A program made the translations under genes and the position numbers. From contig OY970150.1 of the NCBI GenBank assembly GCA_963706365.1, positions 1,468,265 through 1,532,264 of the forward strand: a DNA stretch of 64,000 nt, in the 5' to 3' direction. Below the pieces are notes generated by a model. The model did not search any database, had not been told where the DNA came from, and worked only from the letters and a program-made list of their open reading frames with translations. Positions 55,267 to 64,000 of the stretch are shown piece by piece; position 1 is the stretch's first letter; every line of letters begins with the position of its first letter. Source of the stretch: an uncultured Alphaproteobacteria bacterium. Its GTDB lineage: Bacteria; Pseudomonadota; Alphaproteobacteria; JAJTHO01; G963706365.

Positions 55267-56505
55267 ATGCGATTTTATTTACTCTTTTTGCTATTGGTCG
55301 CACCCTTATTATTAGGAAGTAATCGCATAGAGTTTTGGTCTTTTTGGGTATTATTAACCGGGATAGCTGGCCTTATCTGCTATTATCAAAAATCTTATAA
55401 ATTATTACCCACAATTATTTGGCTGCCAGTCAAACTATATTGTGTCGTTATTTTTTGGTCTTTGTTACAATTATTTATATCAGAATCTTTTGGGGTAATA
55501 GATCGGTGGAATGCTTTTCAAGGCACGTTAAAATTAGCAAGTTATCTTATAATTTTTCTTATCGCGGTAATTGTATCAACCAACCGTATGGAGGCGCGAA
55601 AGCTATTGAAAGGCATGGCTATTATTTTAGGCGGTTATGGCCTGCTTAGTCTTATTCTATTCTATTTAGGCAATCACACGCTATTGCTGGAACGTAAAAT
55701 TTTCTATGTTAATGATTTAACAGGTACCTTTATTAATCGAAACTCTTTTGCTACGTTTATGGGGCTGGCCGTAATATGCTGCGCCAGCAGTGGCTTATAT
55801 AAATATCAGAAATTATACGGCATGTATCACCGTCGGCGAGATTTATTGTTTCAGCCGGTGATGATAAAGCAATATTTACTGGTACTATTCTGTTTGGTGG
55901 CATTAATCTTGACCGGTTCGCGGGCGGGAATTCTTGCCAGCTTTATAGCCTTTGCTGTATTTTTATTGCTGCATCTTAAAAGTAAACATTTTTACATAGC
56001 GGGGGGGGCGCTTGTGGGGGCTAGTTTGTTTACTTTGCTAAACCCCGCGTTTTTGCAACGCTTTATGCTAACAAGTTTTGAGGTAGAAACTCGTTTTGCT
56101 GTATGGCGACAAACAAGTCGCTCTATTATATACGCTCCTGAAATTTTAACAGGCATTGGTTTGAATAATTTTGAGTCTTGGTTTTTGGATAAAAAGAACC
56201 AATTGACTGGGCATTATCATAAGCTGCATAATGATTGGTTGCAGAGTATAATAGAGTTAGGGTTTCCTGTGGCTTTCGTTTTATTTGTGGCTATTGGGAT
56301 GGTTTTGTATGCATGTTTGAAAGGTGCCTTACATGAGAATAAAACATTGCATTATGCCATTATGGCGGTCAGTGGAATAACGCTAGTGCTGTTGCATAGC
56401 ATTGTTGATTTCAGTTTGCAGATTCCTGCAGTGGCTTATTTGGCTACGGTTATGGCCGGGATGGGGTATGGGGAGTATGTTGTCGTTAAAATTAAGAAGC
56501 ATTAG
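55267..56505 (+). CDS. O-antigen ligase / Wzy_C-family polytopic membrane protein
   Basis: About 12 TM helices. A periplasmic-loop motif HYHKLHNDWLQSIIELG is typical of Wzy_C. Confidence 0.55.
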   Translation: MRFYLLFLLLVAPLLLGSNRIEFWSFWVLLTGIAGLICYYQKSYKLLPTIIWLPVKLYCVVIFWSLLQLFISESFGVIDRWNAFQGTLKLASYLIIFLIAVIVSTNRMEARKLLKGMAIILGGYGLLSLILFYLGNHTLLLERKIFYVNDLTGTFINRNSFATFMGLAVICCASSGLYKYQKLYGMYHRRRDLLFQPVMIKQYLLVLFCLVALILTGSRAGILASFIAFAVFLLLHLKSKHFYIAGGALVGASLFTLLNPAFLQRFMLTSFEVETRFAVWRQTSRSIIYAPEILTGIGLNNFESWFLDKKNQLTGHYHKLHNDWLQSIIELGFPVAFVLFVAIGMVLYACLKGALHENKTLHYAIMAVSGITLVLLHSIVDFSLQIPAVAYLATVMAGMGYGEYVVVKIKKH

Positions 56506-56782
56506 AATTACATGGGAAAAGCAGTTTACATATGTTCTCCATGCTTAGAGATGCTTCTATAGGCGGTTGATTAATTCCATCTGAGAATGCTGCTTCAACA
56601 TCTGCTGGAATTTCAGGATTCTCAATTAAGTTCCCTGAGAGAAGAGGTTGTGTAATCTGTATTTCAATAAAACCATTGCTCTGCCTTTGCTGATAAGCCC
56701 GATAAAATTGTAGTGCATCCTGTTCCATTGTTTTAGTATACAATATTAAATATACATTGTTCTGTAATTAATAACACTAAAA

Positions 56783-57304
56783 CTATAAACTATCTGCCCC
56801 ACGCGCAATGGCGATGGCGCCAGTTCTAACAACCTCTATGTCGCCCAGGGGGTGCATCAATTCTATAAAAGCGGTTACCTTTCTGGAGGAACCGGTAATT
56901 TCAAAAGTGAAGCTTTCTACGGTGCTGTCTACGACCTGACAGCGAAAGGCATCGGCGATGCGGAGGCTTTCTAAGCGTTGATTGCCTTTGCTAACAACTT
57001 TAATCATAGCCAGTTCGCGTTGCACATAGGGGCCGGAAATTGTTAAATCGGAAACTTTTATAACCGTTACAATGCGGTTAAACTGCGCCTTAATTTGCTG
57101 TATCGTATGCGGTGTGCCCGTGGTAACAACCGTAATGCGGGATAGTTGTTTTTGTGCGTCCACTTCGGCAACACTAAGGCTTTCGATGTTATAACCACGG
57201 CCTGTAAACAGCCCAACGATACGCGCCAAAACACCTGGCTCGTTTTCAACAATAGCCGCTAGTACATGCGTTTCATGCGGGGCGTTATGATTGGGGGCAG
57301 ACAT
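56783..57304 (-). CDS. ilvH: acetolactate synthase small (regulatory) subunit
   Basis: ACT domain HVLAAIVENEPGVLARIVGLFTGRGYNIESL. 173 aa. No adjacent large-subunit gene. Confidence 0.85.
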   Translation of the reverse strand: MSAPNHNAPHETHVLAAIVENEPGVLARIVGLFTGRGYNIESLSVAEVDAQKQLSRITVVTTGTPHTIQQIKAQFNRIVTVIKVSDLTISGPYVQRELAMIKVVSKGNQRLESLRIADAFRCQVVDSTVESFTFEITGSSRKVTAFIELMHPLGDIEVVRTGAIAIARGADSL

Positions 57305-57318
57305 AAAAGAAACTGCCC

Positions 57319-58506
57319 TTAATCAGAAACTTTAATTTGATATTGATCAAAGCTGCTTGCAACAGCCTGTGGCACTGTTTGTTGAATACCATTTTCTTTA
57401 GGAACAATAGAAAGCGTAATACTGTCTTGATCGCCTTTTAATAGTGCAACAAGGTTTTTCTTAACATCATTAATAACGCTGTTTGTTGCCTCAGTATTCT
57501 TTTTAGGAGACTGATACCCTTCAATAAACTGAATGGCCATATTACGGAAGTTTTGTTTGATTGGCTCAATATCCGTAGTGCCCTTTGGCTTCTGGAAGCT
57601 GGCTATTAAGGTAAATGCCTTGTCAATAAGGCCATCGTTTTTGATTTCAATGCGTGCTTTTTCCAAAATACCTTTAAAGTCATAGTCTTTAAGGTTTTCA
57701 GAAAGGTCTTTACCGGCACCACCAAATAAAACAGATTGCTGCATCATGCGGGCACTCTTCTCATTAACGCCGCTAACGGCCATGGAAAATTCCAGTGCGG
57801 CCATGTCGGGTAGTTCCATCTGAAAGCCGGTCGCTAAATTCTCCAGTTTTGGGTTATACCGATAATTAACAACGCCACTGATGTTGGCTAAACTGTTGAT
57901 AACAGCATCGGGCAAGTCCTGTAGTTCTTGTGATTGCTCTTTTAAACCCTGTTTAATTTTGTTAATGCCGTCTTGTAATTTTGTTAAGCCTTCGCCGCTG
58001 GCAATGCCGCCTTCAAAAGATTGATCGATGGAAATTAACAAGCCATCCTGTAATTTGTAATTGCTGATAGAGGCCTTTTTTAAACCCAGGGCAACATTAT
58101 CGCCGGATTCTGTTTGGCTACCCATCAAAAAGTTGCTGATTTCTGCCGCACCATCGTCGGTGAATTTAGCCTTTTTGATCATGATATTCGTGATATCTTT
58201 TTTGGTGGTCATCGCCTTATTGGCGGCATTACTTTTAACCACATCAAAAACAATATTTTTGTAAATAACCTCATCCGCAGTGTTTTTTACAGTTTCATAG
58301 TTTACCGTATTGTTTTGGGCGATTTTTTCCAGCTGGGTGATAAAGTCTTTGGCGATTTGTTTAGCGCCTGGGTACGCGCCTTCATTGGATACTACCTTTA
58401 AGGTATCATCCAGGCTTTCAGGCTTATCACCAGAAAATAATAAATAGCCACCGGCAAATAATGCTACAACAACCAGCAAAATAACAGGAACAGTAATTTT
58501 ATTCAT
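57319..58506 (-). CDS. hypothetical membrane-anchored periplasmic protein (395 aa)
   Basis: N-terminal TM anchor, then a hydrophilic Lys/Asn-rich domain. Confidence 0.4.
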   Translation of the reverse strand: MNKITVPVILLVVVALFAGGYLLFSGDKPESLDDTLKVVSNEGAYPGAKQIAKDFITQLEKIAQNNTVNYETVKNTADEVIYKNIVFDVVKSNAANKAMTTKKDITNIMIKKAKFTDDGAAEISNFLMGSQTESGDNVALGLKKASISNYKLQDGLLISIDQSFEGGIASGEGLTKLQDGINKIKQGLKEQSQELQDLPDAVINSLANISGVVNYRYNPKLENLATGFQMELPDMAALEFSMAVSGVNEKSARMMQQSVLFGGAGKDLSENLKDYDFKGILEKARIEIKNDGLIDKAFTLIASFQKPKGTTDIEPIKQNFRNMAIQFIEGYQSPKKNTEATNSVINDVKKNLVALLKGDQDSITLSIVPKENGIQQTVPQAVASSFDQYQIKVSD

Positions 58507-58521
58507 AATAGTTTTTAATCT

Positions 58522-59277
58522 CTATGCTTTTAACTTATAGCCACTGCTGAAAACATGTAGGCACAACAAGCATAACAGGGCATTTACTGTAAGTAAAACA
58601 AATATCCCCACCTGTACATTGCCATCACTATGGTTGGTCATCGCATAGCGTAAACCGTCAATGACATAGAAAAACGGATTATACAGCGCTACCCATTCCC
58701 ACATGGGGGGTAAATTTCGGATAGAGTAAAATGTACCCGATAAAAACGACAGGGGTGTAATAACAAAATTCGTAATGGTTGCAAGATGGTCAAATTTTTC
58801 TGCCCAGATGCCGGCAAGGATACCCAGCATAGCTAGCATAGCAGCGCCACTTAATACATAATATATCACCAACATAGGGTGATGAATAGTTAAAGGTAGA
58901 AAGAACATCATACTGGTGGCCACCATTAGACCGGATAAAACACCGCGTGTCATAGCACCCAGTGCGTAACCGGCGGTTAAGGTCATGGGGGATAGGGGGG
59001 GCAGTAAAACATCAACTATATTACCATTCACTTTACCGATAATGAGAGAGGAAGAGCTGTTCGCAAAAGAATTTTGCAAAATAGTCATCATAATTAACCC
59101 AGGTGCTAAAAAAAGCGGAAAGCTTAAATTGCCAATCATGTTGCCGCCGCGTCCCAAAGCCAGTTGAAAAACGGCCAGATAAAGCAACGTTGTAACCACG
59201 GGTGCCAGCAGCGTTTGCATAATCACTTTGAAAAAGCGCTGCACCTCTTTTTTATAAAGGGTAAAGAAAGCAATCAT
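58522..59277 (-). CDS. ABC-2 type transporter permease
   Basis: Six TM helices. ABC-2 family. 251 aa. No ATPase gene adjacent. Confidence 0.6.
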   Translation of the reverse strand: MIAFFTLYKKEVQRFFKVIMQTLLAPVVTTLLYLAVFQLALGRGGNMIGNLSFPLFLAPGLIMMTILQNSFANSSSSLIIGKVNGNIVDVLLPPLSPMTLTAGYALGAMTRGVLSGLMVATSMMFFLPLTIHHPMLVIYYVLSGAAMLAMLGILAGIWAEKFDHLATITNFVITPLSFLSGTFYSIRNLPPMWEWVALYNPFFYVIDGLRYAMTNHSDGNVQVGIFVLLTVNALLCLLCLHVFSSGYKLKA

Positions 59278-59918
59278 TTTGAAATGCTTATGGACAAGGT
59301 TGCGCCCTCTAATGACTTGTTCAGCGTTAATGCCTTACTTTCTGCATACCAACCTGTGTAATGTGCCTGAACGGTATAAGCGGATAAATCTTCGGTGGTA
59401 GTATTATCGATAATTAAGGCGCCCTCTTTTGGCGGGTGGGTAGCGTCCTGGCTTACGGCTTTTACGATCAGGCTATCGACTGTTTGTTCCACAACAATGT
59501 CGCCACCGCGTGGCAGTGCATCAGCCGCACATAAAACACAATTGATGAATAGCTTTTTTTCTTCGTCTGTTATGTCGCTAGGCAAGTTGCCGGGTTTAAG
59601 ATTTAACCTTTTTTCGCTGCGGAAAAAGTTTTGTAATAGTTCAATTAAAGACTGTAAATAATAGCCGGTAACGCCTGAAGTTGTGCCATAGGCTATGCGG
59701 TAAATTTTAAGACGGCTTGCCACGGTTGCGGCGCTTGTTTTGACCATGCCCAAGGCTTCTTCGGCGAAATCACCCTGTAAATCATCGGACACCAGTTCTA
59801 AACCATTTTCCACCGCGCCCACCGGGCTGGCCAAGTCATGAACCAGTTTAGAAATAAGCATTTCTGCCATAATCGTAGGCATTGCCTGATTTTCCGGAGT
59901 ATCCTTTTTAAACAACAT
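59274..59918 (-). CDS. chpT: ChpT-like histidine phosphotransferase
   Basis: HDLASPVGAVENGLELV H-box-like motif near the N-terminus. 214 aa. This family is specific to Alphaproteobacteria. Confidence 0.5.
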   Translation of the reverse strand: MLFKKDTPENQAMPTIMAEMLISKLVHDLASPVGAVENGLELVSDDLQGDFAEEALGMVKTSAATVASRLKIYRIAYGTTSGVTGYYLQSLIELLQNFFRSEKRLNLKPGNLPSDITDEEKKLFINCVLCAADALPRGGDIVVEQTVDSLIVKAVSQDATHPPKEGALIIDNTTTEDLSAYTVQAHYTGWYAESKALTLNKSLEGATLSISISK

Positions 59919-59946
59919 GGCGGTACTATAGCGTCACTATATAAAA

Positions 59947-60681
59947 TTAAAATGTGTTTCTGGCAGTTCTTAATTCTATAAAACGCTTCTGATCATGCGA
60001 TAAAAACGGATTAATTTCCTTCTGCTTGCCTAAATTAAGGGGCACTGTTGGCAGCTGTTTGGCGCGTAATTGTTTTATGGTTCTGTAATATTCCATAAAG
60101 GCCGGATCATCCTTTAAATAATCATAGCAAAATTCTGCATTTGTTTTTGTATATTCATGGGCGCAATAAACTTTTGTTACATCGGGTAGTTGCGCCAGCT
60201 TTTGTAAAGATTGCCATGTTTGCGGCATCGTACCTTCAAAAACCCTGCCACATCCCATACCAAATAGGACGTCACCAGAAAACAATATGTTTTCTTTCTT
60301 AAAGTAATAGGCGATATGATCCAGTGTATGGCCTGGAAAAAATAGAATTTTTGCGGTTAAATCTCCAATAGTAACGCTATCGCCTTCTTTTAAATAGTGC
60401 GTAACGCAGGCAATATCTTTAGAGCCATAATCTGCAGAGGGGGCATAGACCGGGCAATTATAACGGCTTACTAAATTTTTAATACCATCGGTATGATCCC
60501 AATGATGATGTGTAACCCAGATGGCATCTAAATTATAATTTTTTTCTTCTAATATCCGCTGGAAAGTATCCGCACAACCCGGGTCGATAGCTATTGTTTT
60601 TCCTTGATGGTGTAGAACGTAAAAATAATTACCGTCAAAACGTTGTGGCGATGGTTGTTGTATAATTTCCATGATATACAT
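59947..60681 (-). CDS. gloB: hydroxyacylglutathione hydrolase (glyoxalase II)
   Basis: MBL fold THHHWDHTDG. 244 aa. Confidence 0.85.
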   Translation of the reverse strand: MYIMEIIQQPSPQRFDGNYFYVLHHQGKTIAIDPGCADTFQRILEEKNYNLDAIWVTHHHWDHTDGIKNLVSRYNCPVYAPSADYGSKDIACVTHYLKEGDSVTIGDLTAKILFFPGHTLDHIAYYFKKENILFSGDVLFGMGCGRVFEGTMPQTWQSLQKLAQLPDVTKVYCAHEYTKTNAEFCYDYLKDDPAFMEYYRTIKQLRAKQLPTVPLNLGKQKEINPFLSHDQKRFIELRTARNTF

Positions 60682-60688
60682 TTAGGAA

Positions 60689-61399
60689 ATGTTTTGTGAC
60701 GTGACGACCCTTGATGATTTTTATCAGTCTGCTTTAGGGCAAACCGCGGCCACTGTTGTGAAACAGCATATTCACCATGAAGAAGGTTTGAAGCTATCTA
60801 TTGGTTTTCCGGAACCATTTATTGATGACCCGCAAGACCATTTTGTAGTGATGCCGGCACAGCAGGGCGCAACGCGACAAAACAGTTTGCCAACGGTTTT
60901 GGCTTATGAAGATCATCTGCCATTTGAAGATGCTACTTTCCGACAAGTGATGCTGGTGCATATAGTGGAAAGCACGGAATATCGTTCGCAGTTATTACAG
61001 GAATGCTGGCGGGTTTTAGATGCACACGGCCAGTTAATTGTTATTATAGCCAGTCGTCGCGGTGTGTGGTCACATTCTGAAAATACGCCGTTTGGATATG
61101 GGCATCCTTTTTCTGCCCGACAAATGGAAGCCATCCTTACTAATCATCGCTTTACCGTTGATTCTGTTGATCGTGCGTTATATTTTATGCCTAACAGCGG
61201 GTTGTTGGGGTTGAAGGGCGCAAAATTATTGGAAAAAATCGGGGGCAAAATATTTACACGGATGAGCGGTGTTATTATTCTGCATGCTCGCAAAGAAGTT
61301 TTTTCTAAAATAAAACCGGCTAAACGCATTTTACCACGTATCGAACTACCTACTATTGCACCGCAAACCGCCACAACCACCAGTAAGCCTGTATCATGA
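60689..61399 (+). CDS. putative methyltransferase-domain protein (divergent from gloB)
   Basis: 236 aa. Weak class-I methyltransferase-like features. The stop overlaps the next gene's start. Confidence 0.3.
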   Translation: MFCDVTTLDDFYQSALGQTAATVVKQHIHHEEGLKLSIGFPEPFIDDPQDHFVVMPAQQGATRQNSLPTVLAYEDHLPFEDATFRQVMLVHIVESTEYRSQLLQECWRVLDAHGQLIVIIASRRGVWSHSENTPFGYGHPFSARQMEAILTNHRFTVDSVDRALYFMPNSGLLGLKGAKLLEKIGGKIFTRMSGVIILHARKEVFSKIKPAKRILPRIELPTIAPQTATTTSKPVS

Positions 61400-62709
61400 T
61401 GAAATCATTTCTATTGAATGTTTTATTTGCATTATTTGTATGCAGTACTTTACAGGCACAACCGCTAATTCGCGATGCTGAAATAGAAGAGACGATTGCT
61501 CTTTACGCACAGCCACTTTTCAAGGCGGCGGGCTTAAACGAACAGGCAATTGACGTCTTTATTGTAAATGACGAGCGTTTAAACGCATTTGTATCCAACG
61601 GACAGAAAATATTTATGCATACTGGCCTGTTAATGGAAAGTACCACGCCAGAGGCTGTTATGGGGGTAATTGCCCACGAAGCAGGGCATATTGCCGGGGG
61701 GCATTTGGCAAAATTACGTAGTAAAGTTGATGAATTATCTACTGCCAGTATTTTAGGCTATATATTGGGGGCAGCAGCAGCGGCTGGCGGGGCAGGGGAT
61801 GCCGCTATCGCCATTTTAACAGGTGGCCAGCATTTGGGGCAACGAACCCTGTTGGCACATACCCGCGGCCAAGAGCGTGCCGCCGACAGCTTTGCCATTA
61901 CTACCCTTGCAAAAGTAGAGTTATCGCCCGCCGGTTTGAAAGAAATATTAAGTACACTAGAACAACAAAACCTGTGGCAGCCATCTGGCCAGGATAACCC
62001 CTATGCCCGTAGCCACCCTTTAACAACAGAACGATTGGCCTTTGTAGAAGATCAATTAACCAAATCGCCCTACCGCGATAAAACAGTGCCAATAAGCCTG
62101 CAACAGCGGCATGATCGTATGCGAGGAAAACTGTATGGTTTTATAAAGGGTATGCCCACTGGGCAGGTTTTTGAGGACGCCCCTATTGCCAAACAGTATG
62201 CCACGGCTATTGCCGCCTACAAGCAGGGAGATTTTTATACCGGTGATGCAGAATTAGAGAAATTAATGCAACAGTTTCCCAACGATGCCTATCTCTATGA
62301 AGTAAAAGGACAACTGTATTTTGAAAATGGTGGCGATGCTGAGGAAACAGTACAGGCCTATAGAGAAGCAGTGCAATTAAGGCCGAATGTTGTTTCTTTA
62401 AAGCAAGGTTTGGCGCGTATATTATCAGCGCAAAATCAGCCAGAGGAAGCTGCAGAATATTTGCAACAGGTTGTACAGCGTGAACGCCGCAACAGCCGCG
62501 CCTGGAGTGAATTAGCCAATGCCTATGGTCAAATGGGTAATGAACTGCAAGCGTTGCTAGCCAGTGCAGAAGCTTCACTTATTCAGGGAAATACAGGCCA
62601 AACAAGCAGTTTTTTATCGCGAGCTAAACCACTGCTTAAAAATGCCGATGGCAAAACAAAATTGCATTACGACGATTTAAAAAAGGCTGTTTCAATTCAG
62701 AACAAATAA
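61396..62709 (+). CDS. M48-family zinc metalloprotease with C-terminal TPR repeats (BepA-like)
   Basis: Signal peptide. HExxH as IAHEAGHIAGGH. TPR-like C-terminal half. Confidence 0.65.
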   Translation: MMKSFLLNVLFALFVCSTLQAQPLIRDAEIEETIALYAQPLFKAAGLNEQAIDVFIVNDERLNAFVSNGQKIFMHTGLLMESTTPEAVMGVIAHEAGHIAGGHLAKLRSKVDELSTASILGYILGAAAAAGGAGDAAIAILTGGQHLGQRTLLAHTRGQERAADSFAITTLAKVELSPAGLKEILSTLEQQNLWQPSGQDNPYARSHPLTTERLAFVEDQLTKSPYRDKTVPISLQQRHDRMRGKLYGFIKGMPTGQVFEDAPIAKQYATAIAAYKQGDFYTGDAELEKLMQQFPNDAYLYEVKGQLYFENGGDAEETVQAYREAVQLRPNVVSLKQGLARILSAQNQPEEAAEYLQQVVQRERRNSRAWSELANAYGQMGNELQALLASAEASLIQGNTGQTSSFLSRAKPLLKNADGKTKLHYDDLKKAVSIQNK

Positions 62710-62746
62710 GGTTGGAAAACCGATTTCAGTATAGTAACCTATCTGA

Positions 62747-63502
62747 ATGAAATATTTGATCGGTGCCTTGCTCATTGCCACATTGGGGTTGTCATTATAC
62801 AATTACAATCAATCAGAAATAGGGCAGGGCAAGGTTGGTAAAAAATTTATTGCTGCTGGTGATGCCATTGACGAAGATGCGTTGCGCGCCTTAATTCGTG
62901 AAGAGGTTGAAAAAAACCCGGATATTGTCATTAATGCCATTGAAAACTATCGCGTGGAACAGCAAGCCAAACAGCAAGGTAGTGTAAAAGAAACCTTTGA
63001 AGAGCTGAAAGATAGTCAAGATTTCCCCATAGTAGGTGACACAGGAAGTGACGTAACGGTTGTAGAATTTTTTGACTATAATTGCGGTGCTTGTCGTATT
63101 ATGGCTGAAACGATTCAGGAATCGAAGGATGCTGCCAAATATGTATTGATAGATTTCCCCATTCTTTCCCCCGGTTCTCGTCTGGCCGCTAAAGGCAGCT
63201 ATGCGGCTAAGAAAATTGGTAAATACCAGGAATATCACTTTGGTTTGTTAGGGGGAAATCAGCCTATACAGACAGAAAAAGACCTAATGCAAGTGGTTGA
63301 AAAAGTGGGAATTGACAAAGAAGCCTTTGAGAAAGAATACAACAGCCAAGCCGCAGATGCCTACGTTCAATCTGCCCTGGCACTGGCCAGTCGCTTAAAC
63401 CTAAACAGTACACCATCATTAATTGTAAATGGCCGCTTAATCGTTTCCGCCATGCGCAAACCACAGTTTGATGCGCTGCTAAAACAGGTTCGCGCCGAGT
63501 AG
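62747..63502 (+). CDS. DsbA-family thiol:disulfide oxidoreductase
   Basis: Thioredoxin fold with CGACR (CxxC). N-terminal signal / anchor. Confidence 0.75.
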   Translation: MKYLIGALLIATLGLSLYNYNQSEIGQGKVGKKFIAAGDAIDEDALRALIREEVEKNPDIVINAIENYRVEQQAKQQGSVKETFEELKDSQDFPIVGDTGSDVTVVEFFDYNCGACRIMAETIQESKDAAKYVLIDFPILSPGSRLAAKGSYAAKKIGKYQEYHFGLLGGNQPIQTEKDLMQVVEKVGIDKEAFEKEYNSQAADAYVQSALALASRLNLNSTPSLIVNGRLIVSAMRKPQFDALLKQVRAE

Positions 63503-63520
63503 AGTTCTTGAATATTTCTA

Positions 63521-63545
63521 AAGCGTCTTTCCACCGCAGGGTGGA
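63521..63545 (+). terminator. possible hairpin terminator after the dsbA-like gene
   Basis: ttccaccgcagggtggaa, a 7-bp perfect stem. Only a weak T-tract follows. Confidence 0.3.
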
Positions 63546-63722
63546 AACCATGCCTCAGGATTTGCAGCCATGTGACTTTTTAAAGTGGAATGACTATATT
63601 TCAATTTCAGTGGAATAGGTTCCCCCCACGCAAAAAGACATTGATGGAAGTAAATAATTTACTCTTATTTGGAATCACGTAAATTTATAGAGGTTTTCAG
63701 AATGAGTATAAGCCTGGTATTT

Positions 63723-64000
63723 TTACTGACAAGCCAGGCATTCTTCATACTTTGCTACTTCTGGCATGGGTTCTTTTCCTGCACTGGCACGCAGAGACAC
63801 GTTATCAGCACGTTGCATAGATTTTGAGCGGCAGTAATACAAACTTTTTACGCCACGTTTCCAGGCCAGGTAGTGCAATCCATGTAAATCTTTTTTATTG
63901 ACATCAGCAGGCAGAAAAATATTTAAGGATTGCGCCTGACAAACGTATTCCGAGCGATCCGCCGCATGTTCGATAAGCCAACGCTGGTCTAGTTCAAAGG
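63723..64000 (-). CDS. nrdA: ribonucleoside-diphosphate reductase alpha subunit, C-terminal fragment (runs off the window)
   Basis: Translated minus strand: ...VCQAQSLNIFLPADVNKKDLHGLHYLAWKRGVKSLYYCRS...EECLACQ*. It ends with the C-terminal Cys pair. Confidence 0.75.
   Translation of the reverse strand, partial: FELDQRWLIEHAADRSEYVCQAQSLNIFLPADVNKKDLHGLHYLAWKRGVKSLYYCRSKSMQRADNVSLRASAGKEPMPEVAKYEECLACQ

Noticed and set aside
56492-56743. 83-aa ORF antisense to, and overlapping, the 3' end of the O-antigen ligase gene.
   Set aside because: It overlaps the stop region of a better-supported gene and has no recognisable features. Possibly real but unsupported.
63600-63690. A possible further degenerate A/B composite repeat (ggaataggttcc...ccacgcaaaaagaca...ttatttggaatcacgtaaat).
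   Set aside because: Only short, scattered matches to the family A and B termini. Too degenerate to delimit.

Overview
This 64 kb chromosomal window is dominated by housekeeping genes: trpE, accD, pyrB, secA, rplK-rplA, kpsF, plsC, metK, infB, rho, yggS, purB, argG, livMGF, murD, yebC, gyrB, ettA, tig, ilvH, gloB, a dsbA-like gene, an nrdA 3' fragment and two tRNA-Leu genes. A ChpT-like histidine phosphotransferase, a Rho N-terminal extension and the general gene content point to an alphaproteobacterium. The broken-up ribosomal-protein cluster, pseudogenes and repeat load suggest a host-associated, eroded genome. Base composition was not computed.

The housekeeping backbone is heavily interrupted by mobile and accessory DNA:
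- at least three families of small palindromic MITE-like repeats: family A (~130 bp, 4 copies), family B (~170 bp, 4 full or partial copies plus a solo TIR) and family C (1 copy);
- one IS5-family element whose terminal inverted repeats are nearly identical to those of MITE family B;
- a fragmented type I secretion hlyB/hlyD pair;
- an ankyrin lipoprotein cassette flanked by 16-bp inverted repeats.

Four accessory modules stand out:
1. A translationally coupled pair of large signal-peptide-bearing, Cys-rich polytopic membrane paralogs (37323-41071) sharing a KMLLPFGPL motif. They resemble Rickettsiales-type VirB6/TrbL proteins but have no other T4SS genes nearby.
2. A 7TM-fused inactive transglutaminase plus RimK-like ATP-grasp ligase operon, followed by a TadG-like vWA protein (3023-6765).
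3. An Alg8-like GT2 synthase with an Alg44-like PilZ/membrane-fusion co-polymerase, divergent from an EnvZ-like histidine kinase (7002-11368).
4. MITE insertions that now supply the stop codons and C-terminal residues of trpE, the histidine kinase and gyrB.

An apparent frameshift splits the essential infB gene, and an A8 tract splits a charged coiled-coil protein gene.
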